DNA from: Eledone cirrhosa
Lineage: Eukaryota
DNA: 64,000 nt
Assembly: GCA_964016885.1 (NCBI GenBank)
Contig: OZ024763.1
Span: 20,274,001 to 20,338,000 of the forward strand
Direction of reading: 5' to 3'
The notes under the pieces are model-generated. The model saw only the letters and a list, made by a program, of their open reading frames with translations, was not told the origin of the DNA and ran no database searches. Positions 34,759 to 47,499 of this stretch are shown here, in pieces. Every line of letters begins with the position of its first letter. Position 1 is the first letter of the stretch. The translations under genes were made by a program, and so were the position numbers.

Positions 34759-37057
34759 GCAATTGCCGTCGCAGGTCGATGAACAAACAGAAGCACAATT
34801 TAGTATAGCTAGATCCGAACTTAGAAATATTATAGAACAGTATAGCAAGAAGCATAATAGAATGGAGGCCCAGCAACTGGGAGAAAAATCTGCAAATGGC
34901 TTGCGTAAGCTCATGCAGCGCTCACGTAATGGAGAGATAGCATGCTTTCCAACAGACAAGTCTGGCAGAATGTCGGTTGACAGCCTGCCAAACTACATCC
35001 AGGCAATGCAACCCCACATCACTAACACAAGAGAGGTAACACCACAGGAGCATGAGGATAGAGAAAAAGCCCTCAATGCCCATATGGTGATGTGGACAAA
35101 TATAATGCAGCCCAACAAAAAAACTGCCAACAACTTCCAGGCCTGGAACAATGACGGGCCAGCGTTGTATGGGCTTCGAAAAGACCATAAAACGGGCTGT
35201 GACCCTGTCACGGGACCACCAACACGGCCAGTCTGTGGAGCTAACATTGCTAGTAACTACAGACTGTCCTACTTCCTCTCCCTGATCATACGCCCCATCA
35301 TTGAAATGTCCCCAGATGTATGTGACAGCACGGAGGACCTCCTCAGCAGAATCGGCGTGAGTAACCGATCTGGGGACCTAACAAACTGCATAATAGGCAG
35401 TATGGATGTTGTGTCCCTGTATCCATCTATTGACGTGGATTTTGCTGTGGAGAAATGCGTAGAAATGATCAATGAGAGCAAGGTTGAGTTCCGTGGGATT
35501 GATACCAGTGAGCTGGGACTCCTACTTAAGCTTACCTATAGTAATAGTTACCTAGACACATATGACCTTAGCAACCTGTGCCCTACAAGACCAGCAAGAG
35601 GCAGACCACCTACCATTACCTCAATGGCCAAGAAAACCCACACAGATAGATGGAACGGGTGGACCAGAGCCATACGGACACCCGAAAACCACGATGCACT
35701 GAAGAAAATGATTGCACATGCGGTAGGGGCCAGCATAAAACTAACCCTTAAGGAACATATGTTCAAATTTAATGGAAAAACATATGCCCAAGAGGAAGGA
35801 GCAGCCATTGGTGTTAGCATTGCAGGCGACATAGCTAACTTATTCATGGTATGGTGGGACAGTAGACTTAAACTTAAACTTAAAGAACAATTAGAAGACC
35901 CCTTAACCCTGATAATGTACTCCCGCTACGTAGATGATATAAACATCGTAGTTAAGACACCCCCACCAGAGAACAGTCAGGAACTAGAGAAAAACACAAT
36001 GGAAAGCATCCAGCAAATAGCAAACTCCATCCACCAGAGCATTAGAGTTACTATAGACTACCCAAGTAAACACCCCAACCATCGATTACCTGTACTAGAC
36101 ACAGAGCTCTGGTTAGATACCATTAACAACAAAAAACAAATCCTCCATTCCCATTATGCCAAACCCATGACTTCCAAACATCTGATCCACCGAAACTCGG
36201 CCATTTCGGACCATACCAAAATCAACATACTGATTGCGGATTTGGTACGGGTGATGAGAAATGTGTCCCGCATGTGCAACCCCGAAGAACTAGAGAGACA
36301 CATACAACACTTCATCCACCGTATGCAGTTCTCTGGCTACAATCAGAGAGATAAAATCAGAGTGTATAGAGGAGCCAGAACCAAATGGGAAAAAATGGTA
36401 AATAATGACATAAATGGGACCTGCCCCTTGTATAGGAGCAAATTTTGGAATAGAATAGAAAGAACTAGGAACAAGGCTAATAGAATAAACTCATGGTATG
36501 ATAGCAATAAATACCAGAGTGTAATGTTCATCGATACAACCCCTAGAGGTGAATTAGCTTACAAATTTAGAAGGGCCCTAAATAAACATAAACTCAATAT
36601 TAAGATAGTAGAAAGACCAGGTACCTCCGTAAAAACACTTATTAGCAAGACATACCCTTTTCAAAGACCCTCATGTATAGATAAGAAATGTATAACCTGT
36701 AAAATAAGCCCCCATATTAACTGTAAAACTAGAAATGTAGTGTATAGCATAAGATGTACTGAAGGACAATGTAGAGACAAAAATATAGTGTACATAGGTG
36801 AGACAGCTCGTAGTGTAGGGAAACGGATAAATGAACACTGGCGAGACCTTCAAGATAATAAAGAATCATCTGTACTCTACCAACATGCTAAGATAGAACA
36901 CAAGGGTAAATTAGAGAACATAGAAATAAAAATAGAATCTACACACAGAAAAGACGCAATGTTTAGACAAATTACAGAGGCAATAAACATAAAAGAATTA
37001 CAACCAAAATTAAATAGAAAATATGAGTGGAACAGCAACATCACAACTTACAATTAA
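34759..37057 (+). CDS. Penelope-like RT + GIY-YIG endonuclease (5'-truncated, uninterrupted frame)
   Basis: PTDKSG, LYGLRKDHK, RPVC, MDVVSLYPSI, GAAIG, RYVDD, LPVLD, HYAKP, Cys-rich linker, NVVYSIRC..YIGET..RINEH..ITEAINI..LN. Confidence 0.95.
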
Positions 37058-37153
37058 GGACAAAATGAAAACACACACACACATAGAACAAACAACCAAC
37101 CAGTAACATGTAAATAAACAAATAAATAAATGAACATAAACACACACAGACAC

Positions 37154-37211
37154 CCGGATGTGGCGCATGCGCAGACTGAGCACACAACACACACACAGAA
37201 ACAAAATGGCG
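37154..37211 (+). promoter_or_regulatory. Putative PLE internal promoter (ETS-, NRF1- and YY1-like motifs)
   Basis: CCGGATGT at 37154, GCGCATGCGC at 37163 and AAAATGGCG at 37203 are clustered in otherwise CA/A-rich UTR. Confidence 0.45.
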
Positions 37212-37257
37212 TAGGACAGAACAAAGGAGAGGCACAGAAACAAAGAAAGGAATCCCC

Positions 37258-37302
37258 AGTCACTGAAGAGGTCACAGAGTGTGTGACGAAAGAACTATGA
37301 CT
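37258..37302 (+). ncRNA. Minimal type-I hammerhead ribozyme
   Basis: Stem I AGTCA/TGACT; CTGAAGA(G); stem II GTCACA/TGTGAC; GAAA; 2-bp stem III; CUA cleavage triplet. Located in the PLE pseudo-LTR as expected. Confidence 0.82.
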
Positions 37303-37715
37303 ATATATAAACAACTATCTGGTTGTGGAACCAACCAACCAACCAGAAATTTATAAATTTATAAATATATAATAAATTGAAGTGAAAGCAACTGGTGCGT
37401 GTGTTTCTTATTGGCAACATGACCCTCCCAAAGTATAACAATATATATTTTGATCATGCCTTTATTTTTAAATTTTCTCATTCCTTGTATTTTGATCATG
37501 CTTTATTATTATTTTTTATATTTTTTATTATTATTTTTTATTATTATTATATTTTTATATTTTTATTATTATTATTTTTTTTATTATTATTTTTTATATT
37601 TTTTATATTTTTTGTCTTTATTTGTTAATTTTTCATTCGCACCGTTTCCTTTCGCTATATGTCTCTCCACCACTCCCTACACACCTTTTGAACTCTGTTC
37701 CCACACACTTCTCAC

Positions 37716-37744
37716 CTGAGGAAGGGCTTATGCCCGAAACGTCG
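37716..37744 (+). ncRNA. Hammerhead core in a second PLE-end fragment (37450-37830)
   Basis: CTGAGGA-A-GGGC-TTAT-GCCC-GAAACGTC followed by AATAAA; stem I not evident. Related degenerate ends at 17390-17520 and 19750-19960. Confidence 0.65.
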
Positions 37745-38229
37745 TCCCCCACCCACCCCCCACTCTCCTGAGCGTGAATTTAATAAACATTTATTGTACT
37801 GCCTCTCTGTTCTGTCCCTGTTCAAATTTTTCATTATATATATATATATATAGTGGTAATAAACTCTCAGGAGTACTGGATAGCAGTCAGTCTTCAGAGA
37901 GACTCCAGCCCAAGCAAGTGTTTTGGCTGACAGATATAGAATATCTCTGTCCTATGTTGGAGATTAAAACCTTAGGTAGCATGTATTTGTGTTGAGGACG
38001 TATTTATATATAATATACATTGGCTCTGTACATTATATACAGCTTTCATACACACTTACACACACACACACATACATATAATGTACACTTTCTCTCTAAC
38101 ACACTCACACACTAACACACACTTATACATACATATACATAATGTACACTATCTCTCTCATACACACGCACATCAATACACACATTTATCATGACACACA
38201 TTTATGCACACACATCTATCCATACACAC

Positions 38230-38445
38230 TACGCATATACACATCCATACACACACGCATATACACATCCGTACACACACGCATATACACATCCGTACAC
38301 ACACGCATATACACATCCGTACACACACGCATATACACATCCGTACACACGCGCATATACACATCCGTACACACACGCATATACACATCCGTACACACAC
38401 GCATACACAAATCCGTACACACAAATATACACACATCCACACATC
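38230..38445. repeat. 24-bp minisatellite ACACACACGCATATACACATCCGT
   Basis: About 8 tandem units. Confidence 0.93.
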
Positions 38446-38883
38446 CATATACAAACACTATATCACTATATATACAGTAAAGAGAAGCTATATAAAACAA
38501 CCTGACACAAAAAAAGACATACTTAGAGAGAGAATCTAACGAAACGAGCAAATTAGAATGGCACAACTCAGTTTTTACTCAACAGAGATTAGAAACGGGA
38601 TTTTGTTTATATTTTTCTTGTTAGAATTAATAGCAGCGTTCATGTTTTGTTGGTGTAGCCGCCATTTTGTACGCTTTATATTTATAAAAAAAATTTTTTT
38701 CGTTTCCACGTTTCAGTTTTTGTTATTTTCTGTTTTGTTTTGTTTTGTTTATTTTTTGTGTGTTTTGTGTGTGTGTGTGTTTTTGTTGTTGTTGTTTTTT
38801 TATTTTGCTTTTGTATTTATCAAAACAACCGGGAGATATATTATATATCTGAAGAGGAAAAACAAGAAAAGTAACGTTAAAAT

Positions 38884-38915
<32 letters not shown>

Positions 38916-39396
38916 CATGTGTGTGTATGTAGGTGTATGTATGTGTTTGTATGTGTATATATATATATGTGTGTGTGTGGATATATATGTGTATGTATGT
39001 GTGTGTATATATGTATGTGTGTATATATATGTATGTGTGTGTGTATATATGTATGTGTGTGTGCATAAATATGTATGTGTCTATATATATGCACACAAAC
39101 TCACACACACACAAACACACATATATACATATATATACACATATATACATAGGCACATACATATGTTTATGTTTGTTCTCTTCTCTGGCGTTTAATGTGC
39201 AGTGATTGTTTATGGGTAGAGAAATGGCAGTAGATTGACTGAGCCAATAGAATGGAGGGCAGGCTGGTAATGGGGGGGGGGGTTAGCAGGATTGGTAGAG
39301 CTTTGAATGGCAGTGAATTAGGAGAGGCTTTGAGAGGCTGGCCACAAAATGGAGGTTCGTTTAGCAGACCTTAGTGTTGAATAACAACCACCACTT

Positions 39397-41065
39397 ATAG
39401 TCTCAATGTGACCACCACCATCATCATATAGTTTCAATGTAATCACCACCATCATCATATAGTTTCAATGTAATCACCACCACCACCACCATCATATAGT
39501 TTCAATGTAATCACCACCACCATCATCATATAGTTTCAATGTGATCACCACCACCACCATCATATAGTTTCAATGTGATCACCACCACCACCATCATATA
39601 GTTTCAATGTGATCACCACCACCACCATCATATAGTTTCAATGTGATCACCACCACCACCATATAGTTTCAATGTAATCACCACCACCACCATCATATAG
39701 TTTCAATGTGATCACCACCACCACCACCATATAGTTTCAATGTAATCACCACCACCACCATATAGTCTCAATGTGATCACCACCACCACCACCATATAGT
39801 TTCAATGGGACCACCACCACCACCATATAGTTTCAATGTAATCACCACCACCACCATCATATAGTTTCAATGTAATCACCACCATCACCACCATATAGTT
39901 TCAATGGGACCACCACCACCACCATATAGTTTCAATGGGACCACCACCACCACCATATAGTTTCAATGTAATCACCACCACCACCATCATATAGTTTCAA
40001 TGTAATCACCACCACCACCATCATATAGTTTCAATGTAATCACCACCACCACCATCATATAGTTTCAATGTAATCACCACCACCACCACCATATAGTTTC
40101 AATGGGACCACCACCACCACCATATAGTTTCAATGGGACCACCACCACCACCATATAGTTTCAATGTAATCACCACCACCACCATCATATAGTTTCAATG
40201 TAATCACCACCACCACCATCATATAGTTTCAATGTAATCACCACCACCACCACCACCACCATCATATAGTTTCAATGTAATCACCACCACCACCATATAG
40301 TTTCAATGGGACCACCACCACCACCATATAGTTTCAATGGGACCACCACCACCACCATATAGTTTCAATGTAATCACCACCACCACCATCATATAGTTTC
40401 AATGTAATCACCACCACCACCATCATATAGTTTCAATGTAATCACCACCACCACCATCATATAGTTTCAATGTAATCACCACCACCACCATATAGTTTCA
40501 ATGTAATCACCACCACCACCATCATATAGTTTCAATGTAATCACCACCACCACCACCATATAGTTTCAATGGGACCACCACCATCATCATATAGTTTCAA
40601 TGTAATCACCACCACCATCATCATATAGTTTCAAGGTAATCACCACCACCACCATCATATAGTTTCAATGTAATCACCACCACCACCACCATCATATAGT
40701 TTCAATGTAATCACCACCACCACCATCATATAGTCTCAATGTGACCACCACCACCACCATCATATAGTCTCAATGTGACCACCACCACCATCATCATATA
40801 GTTTCAATGTAATCACCACCACCATCATCATATAGTTTCAATGTAATCACCACCACCATCATCATATAGTTTCAATGTAATCACCACCACCACCATCATA
40901 TAGTTTCAATGTAATCACCACCACCATCATCATATAGTTTCAATGTGACCACCACCACCATCATCATATAGTTTCAATGTAATCACCACCACCATCATCA
41001 TATAGTCTCAATGTGATCACCACCACCACCACCATATAGTTTCAATGTGACCACCACCACCATCA
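39397..41065. repeat. 26-36-bp minisatellite CATATAGTTTCAATGTAAT(CAC)n
   Basis: More than 50 units; length varies by the number of CAC/CAT triplets. Confidence 0.96.
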
Positions 41066-41496
41066 CCACCACCATCTCAGGAACACCACCTGCCACCAAC
41101 AACGACTGTGTCACCACCATCCCTGCCAACAACAACAACACTTCACCACCACCACCACCACCACCACATTCCAGACTGTGTAGGATCTAATTTGATTTTA
41201 TTATTTGAAATATCGATCACCAATATTGATTGTCTTTTCTAAACAATGGCCATTGTAACAATATCACACATTCATCAGATATTTCTATATCACATAGATA
41301 TGAGAGATTGGATTGTGTGGGGGCAGCTGTTGTTACTGTTATTGTTGTTGTTTAGTCTCCTCAGACCAACCCTGATTCAACAAAACTATGATCAAAAGCT
41401 CCTCAGCCGTAACCATCCTAGTGTTTTCCCATCTACAAACAGGCCACCTCTATGTCTATCCCTCTTTACACACTCACACATACCCACACACAGTAT

Positions 41497-41527
<31 letters not shown>

Positions 41528-41734
41528 CCGTTTTACGTCCGTTCTTCCACGCTAGCATGGGTTAGACGGGTTGTCTTGTTGTGGGCAGTGTCTGGTCGGC
41601 TGACCATGCCTTGCTCATACAGGAACTGATTTTGGCTTGATTTCTACAGCTGGATGCCCTTCCTAACACCAACCTCATTTACAGTGAGTGCTGGGTGCTT
41701 TTTCCGTGGCGCCTACACGTCCACTTTACAGTGT

Positions 41735-41735
<1 letters not shown>
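41497..41735 (-). mobile_element. Family C SINE, 3' half
   Basis: (CAT)n tail and GCTGGATGCCCTTCCTAACACCAACC shared with 51886-52223. Confidence 0.8.
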
Positions 41736-41793
<58 letters not shown>

Positions 41794-41853
41794 GTATGTA
41801 GATGTCTGTGTGTCAAAATTATAGACTATGTTGTTCTTAACTAACACACACAA

Positions 41854-41898
<45 letters not shown>

Positions 41899-42115
41899 AA
41901 TATACATATATATATATATATATACATACAAATATATATATATATATAAACAAAGAAAGTTTGTTAAGAAACCAGGTGGACAATAACACACCAGAGTACT
42001 CGATACTTAGGGTAGTAGAGTGGGTAATAGGAAAAGAGTCAGGACCCCGACGGCTGAGCTCCGGCCATTTCGACAGCTTTGACAGCGAGATCCGAACAAC
42101 TCTTTTCCTATATAT

Positions 42116-42345
42116 ATCATCATCATCATCATCATCACCATCGTTTAACTAGCATGGGTTAGATGGGAGTTGTGCCACTTGAGGCAAGGTTGGTCGGGTG
42201 GCTGTGTCTCGTTCGTATAGTCCTATCTGGCAGGCTTTCTACGGCTGGATGCCCTTCCTAACACCAACCAGATTTACAGTGTGGAACTGGGAACTTTTTT
42301 TTACCGTGTTACCTACACCTACACGGTCACATTACAGCGTGGACT
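42116..42345 (-). mobile_element. Family C-related SINE, 3' half
   Basis: Same tail motif; related copies at 44010-44210(+) and 62014-62250(-). Confidence 0.75.
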
Positions 42346-42412
42346 GTGAGTAGTTTTTTTTTCTTTTGTCGTGACACCTACACGATCTCAATCTCATTAT
42401 CTCATTTATTTG

Positions 42413-42609
42413 CGATGGATATAAAGGCGATGGATTGGCAGTATCAGTAGAGGGTCGGACGCCATGCTTTCCAGCATAGTTACGTCCCTTTACGATCTGA
42501 GTTCAAATCCCGCTGAGGTTAACTTTGCCTTTCATCCTTACGGGGTCGATAAAATAAAGTACCAGTAATGCACTGGGTAATTGCTGGCCTTGTGCCTAAA
42601 GTAGAAACA
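42413..42609 (+). mobile_element. tRNA-derived SINE (family D) with 17-bp target-site duplication
   Basis: B box GAGTTCAAATCC; central GCCTTTCATCCTTACGGGGTCGATAAAA; TSD ATTATCTCATTTATTTG at 42396-42412 and 42610-42626. Confidence 0.88.
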
Positions 42610-42690
42610 ATTATCTCATTTATTTGGTCTGGATGTTGTGGTACCAACTCTACAGAGAGAGGTTGGTGTTAGTGGGAGGATAGGGTAGGG

Positions 42691-42728
<38 letters not shown>

Positions 42729-42730
<2 letters not shown>

Positions 42731-42802
42731 TGTCCCAAAAAATCTATACACACTTCAACAGTATTCTAATCAAAGTGTGTATACTTTTTTTAGGACACTG
42801 TA
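42729..42802. mobile_element. Tiny Tc1/mariner-type MITE
   Basis: GTGTCCCAAAAAATCTATACACACTT..AAGTGTGTATACTTTTTTTAGGACAC inverted ends in TA context. Confidence 0.65.
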
Positions 42803-43002
42803 TATACTGGTGCAGATTGCTGTTGTAACGATACCACAAACCGTTCCATACCATAGCCACAGAAATATGTATAATTATTACTATATAACTTCTGTCTTAG
42901 CGCTCATTTCACACACACACATATGTATATATATATACATATGCATATATACACATATGTATATATATATATACATTTTTATATATATATATATATATAC
43001 AG

Positions 43003-43495
43003 GTCAGGTTGCTCTCGAGTGCTATTGGTAACATGTAACCCAGTACAACCTGTCTCATGGTCGAGTCGTCGGCGACTAAACCGGCAACCCCAACAAGCTT
43101 GTTTGGTGAGGAGGGTGATATTTTGACACTCTGGGGGATGAAATACAAGACCCGGCGGCGAAGAGCAAAGGAACTCAGCAGAGTCAACGGCCAACCAAAT
43201 AGTAGTTTTTTTGTTTTTTTCACCTGGGAGTGAAAGGCCCCCCAGTTGTTGTCACAACACCTTTCTAAGAGAGGGAAACTCTGAAAAAAACCTGTGGCTT
43301 CGGAAGCATTCGACCAGTTCTCCTTTTCGGGTAGTATTTTTGATGCTCAGAGAGTGAGATTGGTTGAGTGCAAGGCGTTTCTGCACTTAAAAAAACCTTC
43401 AAAGCACAGGCATTGCTTGTTCAGGATATGTTACAGGTTTGTGTGGTTGGCTGTAGCTTAAAGGTGCACCATTTTCTGTCATCTGACAAGTGATT
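43003..43495 (+). mobile_element. RTE 5'-UTR-like dispersed repeat
   Basis: Homologous to the 15067 and 58389 copies. Confidence 0.65.
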
Positions 43496-43601
43496 ACTTA
43501 TCAGATTACAGAATATATATATATACACATATATGTATATATATATACACATATATATATATATATATTTTTTTTTTTTTAATCTAATTCCTGTATCACA
43601 A

Positions 43602-43800
43602 TGGAAAAACAATATTTGGGTACTTCGTTGAAGAATATTCCAATTCCACCTAAAGATGAATATCTACTCTTACTCATACAAAGAACTAACCAATTTATTA
43701 CTTTTCATCTTAACACCATATGAAAAAGACAATTTGATTCGTTAGTTCTTCAACTACCTCCAAATATGGACATGATACTAATTCTGAGTAAAATTATTAT
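43602..43800 (+). pseudogene. Naiad-type PLE N-terminal fragment
   Basis: MEKQYLGTSLKNIPIPPKDEYLLLLIQK shares the SxKNIPIP motif with the ORF at 54350. Confidence 0.65.
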
Positions 43801-44009
43801 TGAATAAAATTATTATTGCTTTTGAAAACAGCTGGTGATATGCATGTAAGTAAATATTCTCTCTATCTGATAGTTTGTAAACTTACATAGATCAATAACT
43901 GAGTATAGATACAATGTATTATTACCATCTAGAAACGATCGTAAAGCAGTGAAGTATATCTCTAATGACTTGATTTTTTATTTCATTGTTTTAACTTATA
44001 TATAAGTTA

Positions 44010-44208
44010 GGTAACACGGTAAAAACCTCCCAGTCCACACTGTAAACGTGGTTGGTGTTAGGAAGGGCATCCAGCCATAGAAAACCCGCCAGATAGTCCT
44101 ATACGAGCAAGTCAACCAATCTTGCCTCAAGTGGGAAAATTCCCGTCCAAACCCATGCAAGCATGGAAGATGGACGTTAAACGACGATGATGATGATGAT
44201 GATGATGA

Positions 44209-44210
<2 letters not shown>
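44010..44210 (+). mobile_element. Family C-related SINE, 3' half
   Basis: GGTTGGTGTTAGGAAGGGCATCCAGCC...GGACGTTAAACGA(TGA)n. Confidence 0.78.
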
Positions 44211-44251
<41 letters not shown>

Positions 44252-44350
44252 AGGATCGGAATTAGAGTATTCCGCAGTTCACAGTAATAATAATATTAGC
44301 TCAAAGAAGAACAGAGAATTTTCAACACACTTCTCTCTGTGTAATATATT

Positions 44351-44409
<59 letters not shown>

Positions 44410-44719
44410 CCCTGTTAAGCTGCGGTGAGATGGATCTAGAGTATCATAACTACTATAAATTAGTCACTATATTGATTTATTATGATCAATCAACCTTCTG
44501 AAACAATCGTAAAACAGTGGACTGATGAAGCCTCGACTTTGCCTTTTGTGTTCATTGTTCATCCCCCACCCCATTTATACTCAACTGAAAATGAGTACAA
44601 GCAATAGCTGGATGATTAACCCTGCAATGGACTGGTGTTCTGTCTCGTGAGGAGTCTTGTACTTTCAGTCACTTAACGAGATGAAAGTGATGATGTTTTC
44701 CTTCCATTTCACCTTAGAG

Positions 44720-46660
44720 TTTCACAGAGCTACACACATCTTGTTGGGAAATAAGTATCTTTGTTTTTTTCTGGACCTCTTAGATGCTTGCAATCGACTT
44801 TTTCCATGGAGAATGAAAACCCTAATCCTAAACATAACTCTAATCCTAACTCTAACCCTAATCTTAACCCTAATCCTAACCATAACCCTGATCCTAACCA
44901 TAACCATAATCCTAACCATAATCCTAACCATAACCCTAACCCTAACTCTAACCCTAATCCTAACCATAACCCTAACCCTAACCATAATCCTAACCATAAC
45001 CCTAACCTTAACCCTAAACCTAACCATAACCCTAACCTTAACCCTAATCCTAACCCTAACCCTAACCTTAACCCTAATCCTAACCATAACCTTAGTCCTA
45101 ACCATAACCATAATCCTAACCTTAATCCTACCTTAACCTTAATCCTAACGCTAACCCTAATCCTAACGTTAACCCTAATCCTAATGTTAACCCTAATCCT
45201 AACCATAACCCTAATCCTAACCGTAACCCTGATCCTGACCGTAACCATAATCCTAACCTTAATCCTACCTTAACCCTAATCCTAACGTTAACCCTAATCC
45301 TAACCATAACCTTAGTCCTAACCCTAACCCTAATCCTAACGTTAAGCCTAATCCTAACGTTAACCCTAATCCTAACGTTAACCCTAATCCTAACGTTAAC
45401 CCTAATCCTAACGTTAATCCTAACGTTAACCCTAACCCTAACCTTACCCTAATCCTAACGTTAACCCTAATCCTAACGTTAACCCTAATCCTAACGTTAA
45501 GCCTAATCCTAACGTTAACCCTAATCCTAACGTTAAGCCTAATCCTAACGTTAACCATAATCCTAATGTTAACCCTAACGTTAACGTTAACCCTAACGTT
45601 AACCCTAATCCTAATGTTAACCCTAACGTTAACCCTAATCCTAACGTTAACCCTAATCCTAACGTTAACCCTAACCCTAACGTTAACCCTAATCCTAATG
45701 TTAACCCTAACGTTAACCCTAATCCTAACGTTAAGCCTAATCCTAACGTTAACCCTAACCCTAACGTTAACCCTAACCCTAACGTTAATCCTAACGTTAA
45801 CCCTAACCCTAACCTTACCCTAATCCTAACGTTAACCCTAATCCTAACGTTAAGCCTAATCCTAACGTTAAGCCTAATCCTAACGTTAAGCCTAATCCTA
45901 ACGTTAAGCCTAATCCTAACGTTAACCCTAATCCTAACGTTAACCCTAATCCTAACGTTAACCCTAATCCTAACGTTAACCCTAATCCTAACGTTAACCC
46001 TAATCCTAACGTTAACCCTAATCCTAACGTTACCCTAATCCTAACGTTAACCCTAATCCTAACGTTAAGCTTAATCCTAACGTTAACCCTAACCCTAACC
46101 TTACCCTAATCCTAACGTTAACCCTAATCCTAACGTTAAGCCTAATCCTAACGTTAAGCCTAATCCTAACGTTAAGCCTAATCCTAACGTTAACCCTAAC
46201 CCTAACGTTAACCCTAATCCTAACGTTAACCCTAATCCTAACGTTAAGCCTAATCCTAACGTTAACCCTAATCCTAACGTTAACCCTAATCCTAACGTTA
46301 ACCCTAATCCTAACGTTAAGCCTAATCCTAACGTTAACCCTAACCCTAACCTTACCCTAATCCTAACGTTAACCCTAATCCTAACGTTAAGCCTAATCCT
46401 AACGTTAAGCCTAATCCTAACGTTAACCCTAATCCTAACGTTAACCCTAATCCTAACGTTAACCCTAATCCTAACGTTAACCCTAATCCTAACGTTAAGC
46501 TTAATCCTAACGTTAACCCTAACCCTAACCCTAACTCTAACCCTAAACCAAACCCTAACCCCGGAAAAGAAGTCTATTGCAAGCATCTAAGAAGTCCAGA
46601 AAAAAACAAGGAGAGATAATTATTGCCCACTTTACGTGAGAGGTGTGTAGATCTGTGAAA
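44720..46660. mobile_element. Foldback/MITE-like element: ~90-bp inverted repeats enclosing a telomere-like array
   Basis: 44720-44805 is the reverse complement of 46561-46660. Confidence 0.7.
44817..46561. repeat. Telomere-like hexamer array (TAACCC variants; 18-mer TAACCC-TAATCC-TAACGT)
   Basis: Directly visible. Confidence 0.96.
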
Positions 46661-46719
46661 CCCCGATGGTCTTTTCGTCCCCTTTCACCTCACTTATATT
46701 ACAAATCTAGTCCGAGTAA

Positions 46720-46908
46720 TTTGGGGGTCTTATTCCTTGAAGAGTTCCTAGGTTTACTGTGAAATCTTACATGCATTTATTTCAACTCTTCTTATTAATC
46801 ACAGCATTGTTTCTTTCCAGTGACTATGTAGTAGAAAAAAAAAACCTCATTTGGTCATTCCATGAGAGTATCTTGGTCAGCCTATGAACCTTGCAGCTGA
46901 CCGTCGTG
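46720..46908. mobile_element. Mariner-type MITE (degenerate)
   Basis: Direct homologue of 47067-47258. Confidence 0.6.
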
Positions 46909-47066
46909 TGTGTATGAATATATATTATACACTCACACATATATATATATATATATATATATAGGTTTTAATATAGATGAGATTCTACAGGACTAGAACT
47001 GTTTCATTCTTTAGAAATCATCAGACGGAGAGAAAGAAAGAAAAAAATATATATATATATATACGC

Positions 47067-47258
47067 ACAATGGCTGGTTGAAAAGTTCATAGGCTAATTA
47101 TGAAGGAGTGATGCTAGAACTGTGAAATCTTGCATACATGAATTTCAATTCTTCTTATTAATTGTTTCTTTCCATGGACTATGTAGAAAAAAAAACCTCA
47201 TTTTGTCATTCCATGAGAGTATCTTGGTCAGCTTAGGAACTTTTCAACTGACTATCAT
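47067..47258. mobile_element. Mariner-type MITE
   Basis: TIRs GGTTGAAAAGTTC / GAACTTTTCAACT. Confidence 0.7.
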
Positions 47259-47499
47259 ATGTATAATATCAGTAAGGTCTTCATAATTATTGGTCTTGAT
47301 TTTTTTTTTGTAGAACTGTTGCAATTATAAGATATCGCATATGATATATCTTTGTGTGATATTAGGAAAGTCTCTATAGTTGTTCAGCTTGTTTTTCTGC
47401 AGGATTCCATATAGAAATTGTGTGTTACATGTCTAATTTTGGGAGGTATGGAAATGTGCATAGTTAACCAAAAAGAACATAAAGTGTTAGTTCAACCGT

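Larger units (their letters stand above)
34759..37444 (+). mobile_element. Penelope-like element with 3' pseudo-LTR running into the start of the next unit
   Basis: After the 3' UTR and hammerhead, 37325-37444 repeats the 5' end of the inverted unit, including the ATG at 37419; ends in ATAT. Confidence 0.93.

Noticed and set aside
39397-41065. CRISPR-like repeat-spacer appearance
   Set aside because: The 'spacers' are only variable CAC triplets; no cas genes; eukaryotic context
44817-46561. True telomere or chromosome-fusion site
   Set aside because: Degenerate, single orientation, internal and enclosed by inverted repeats
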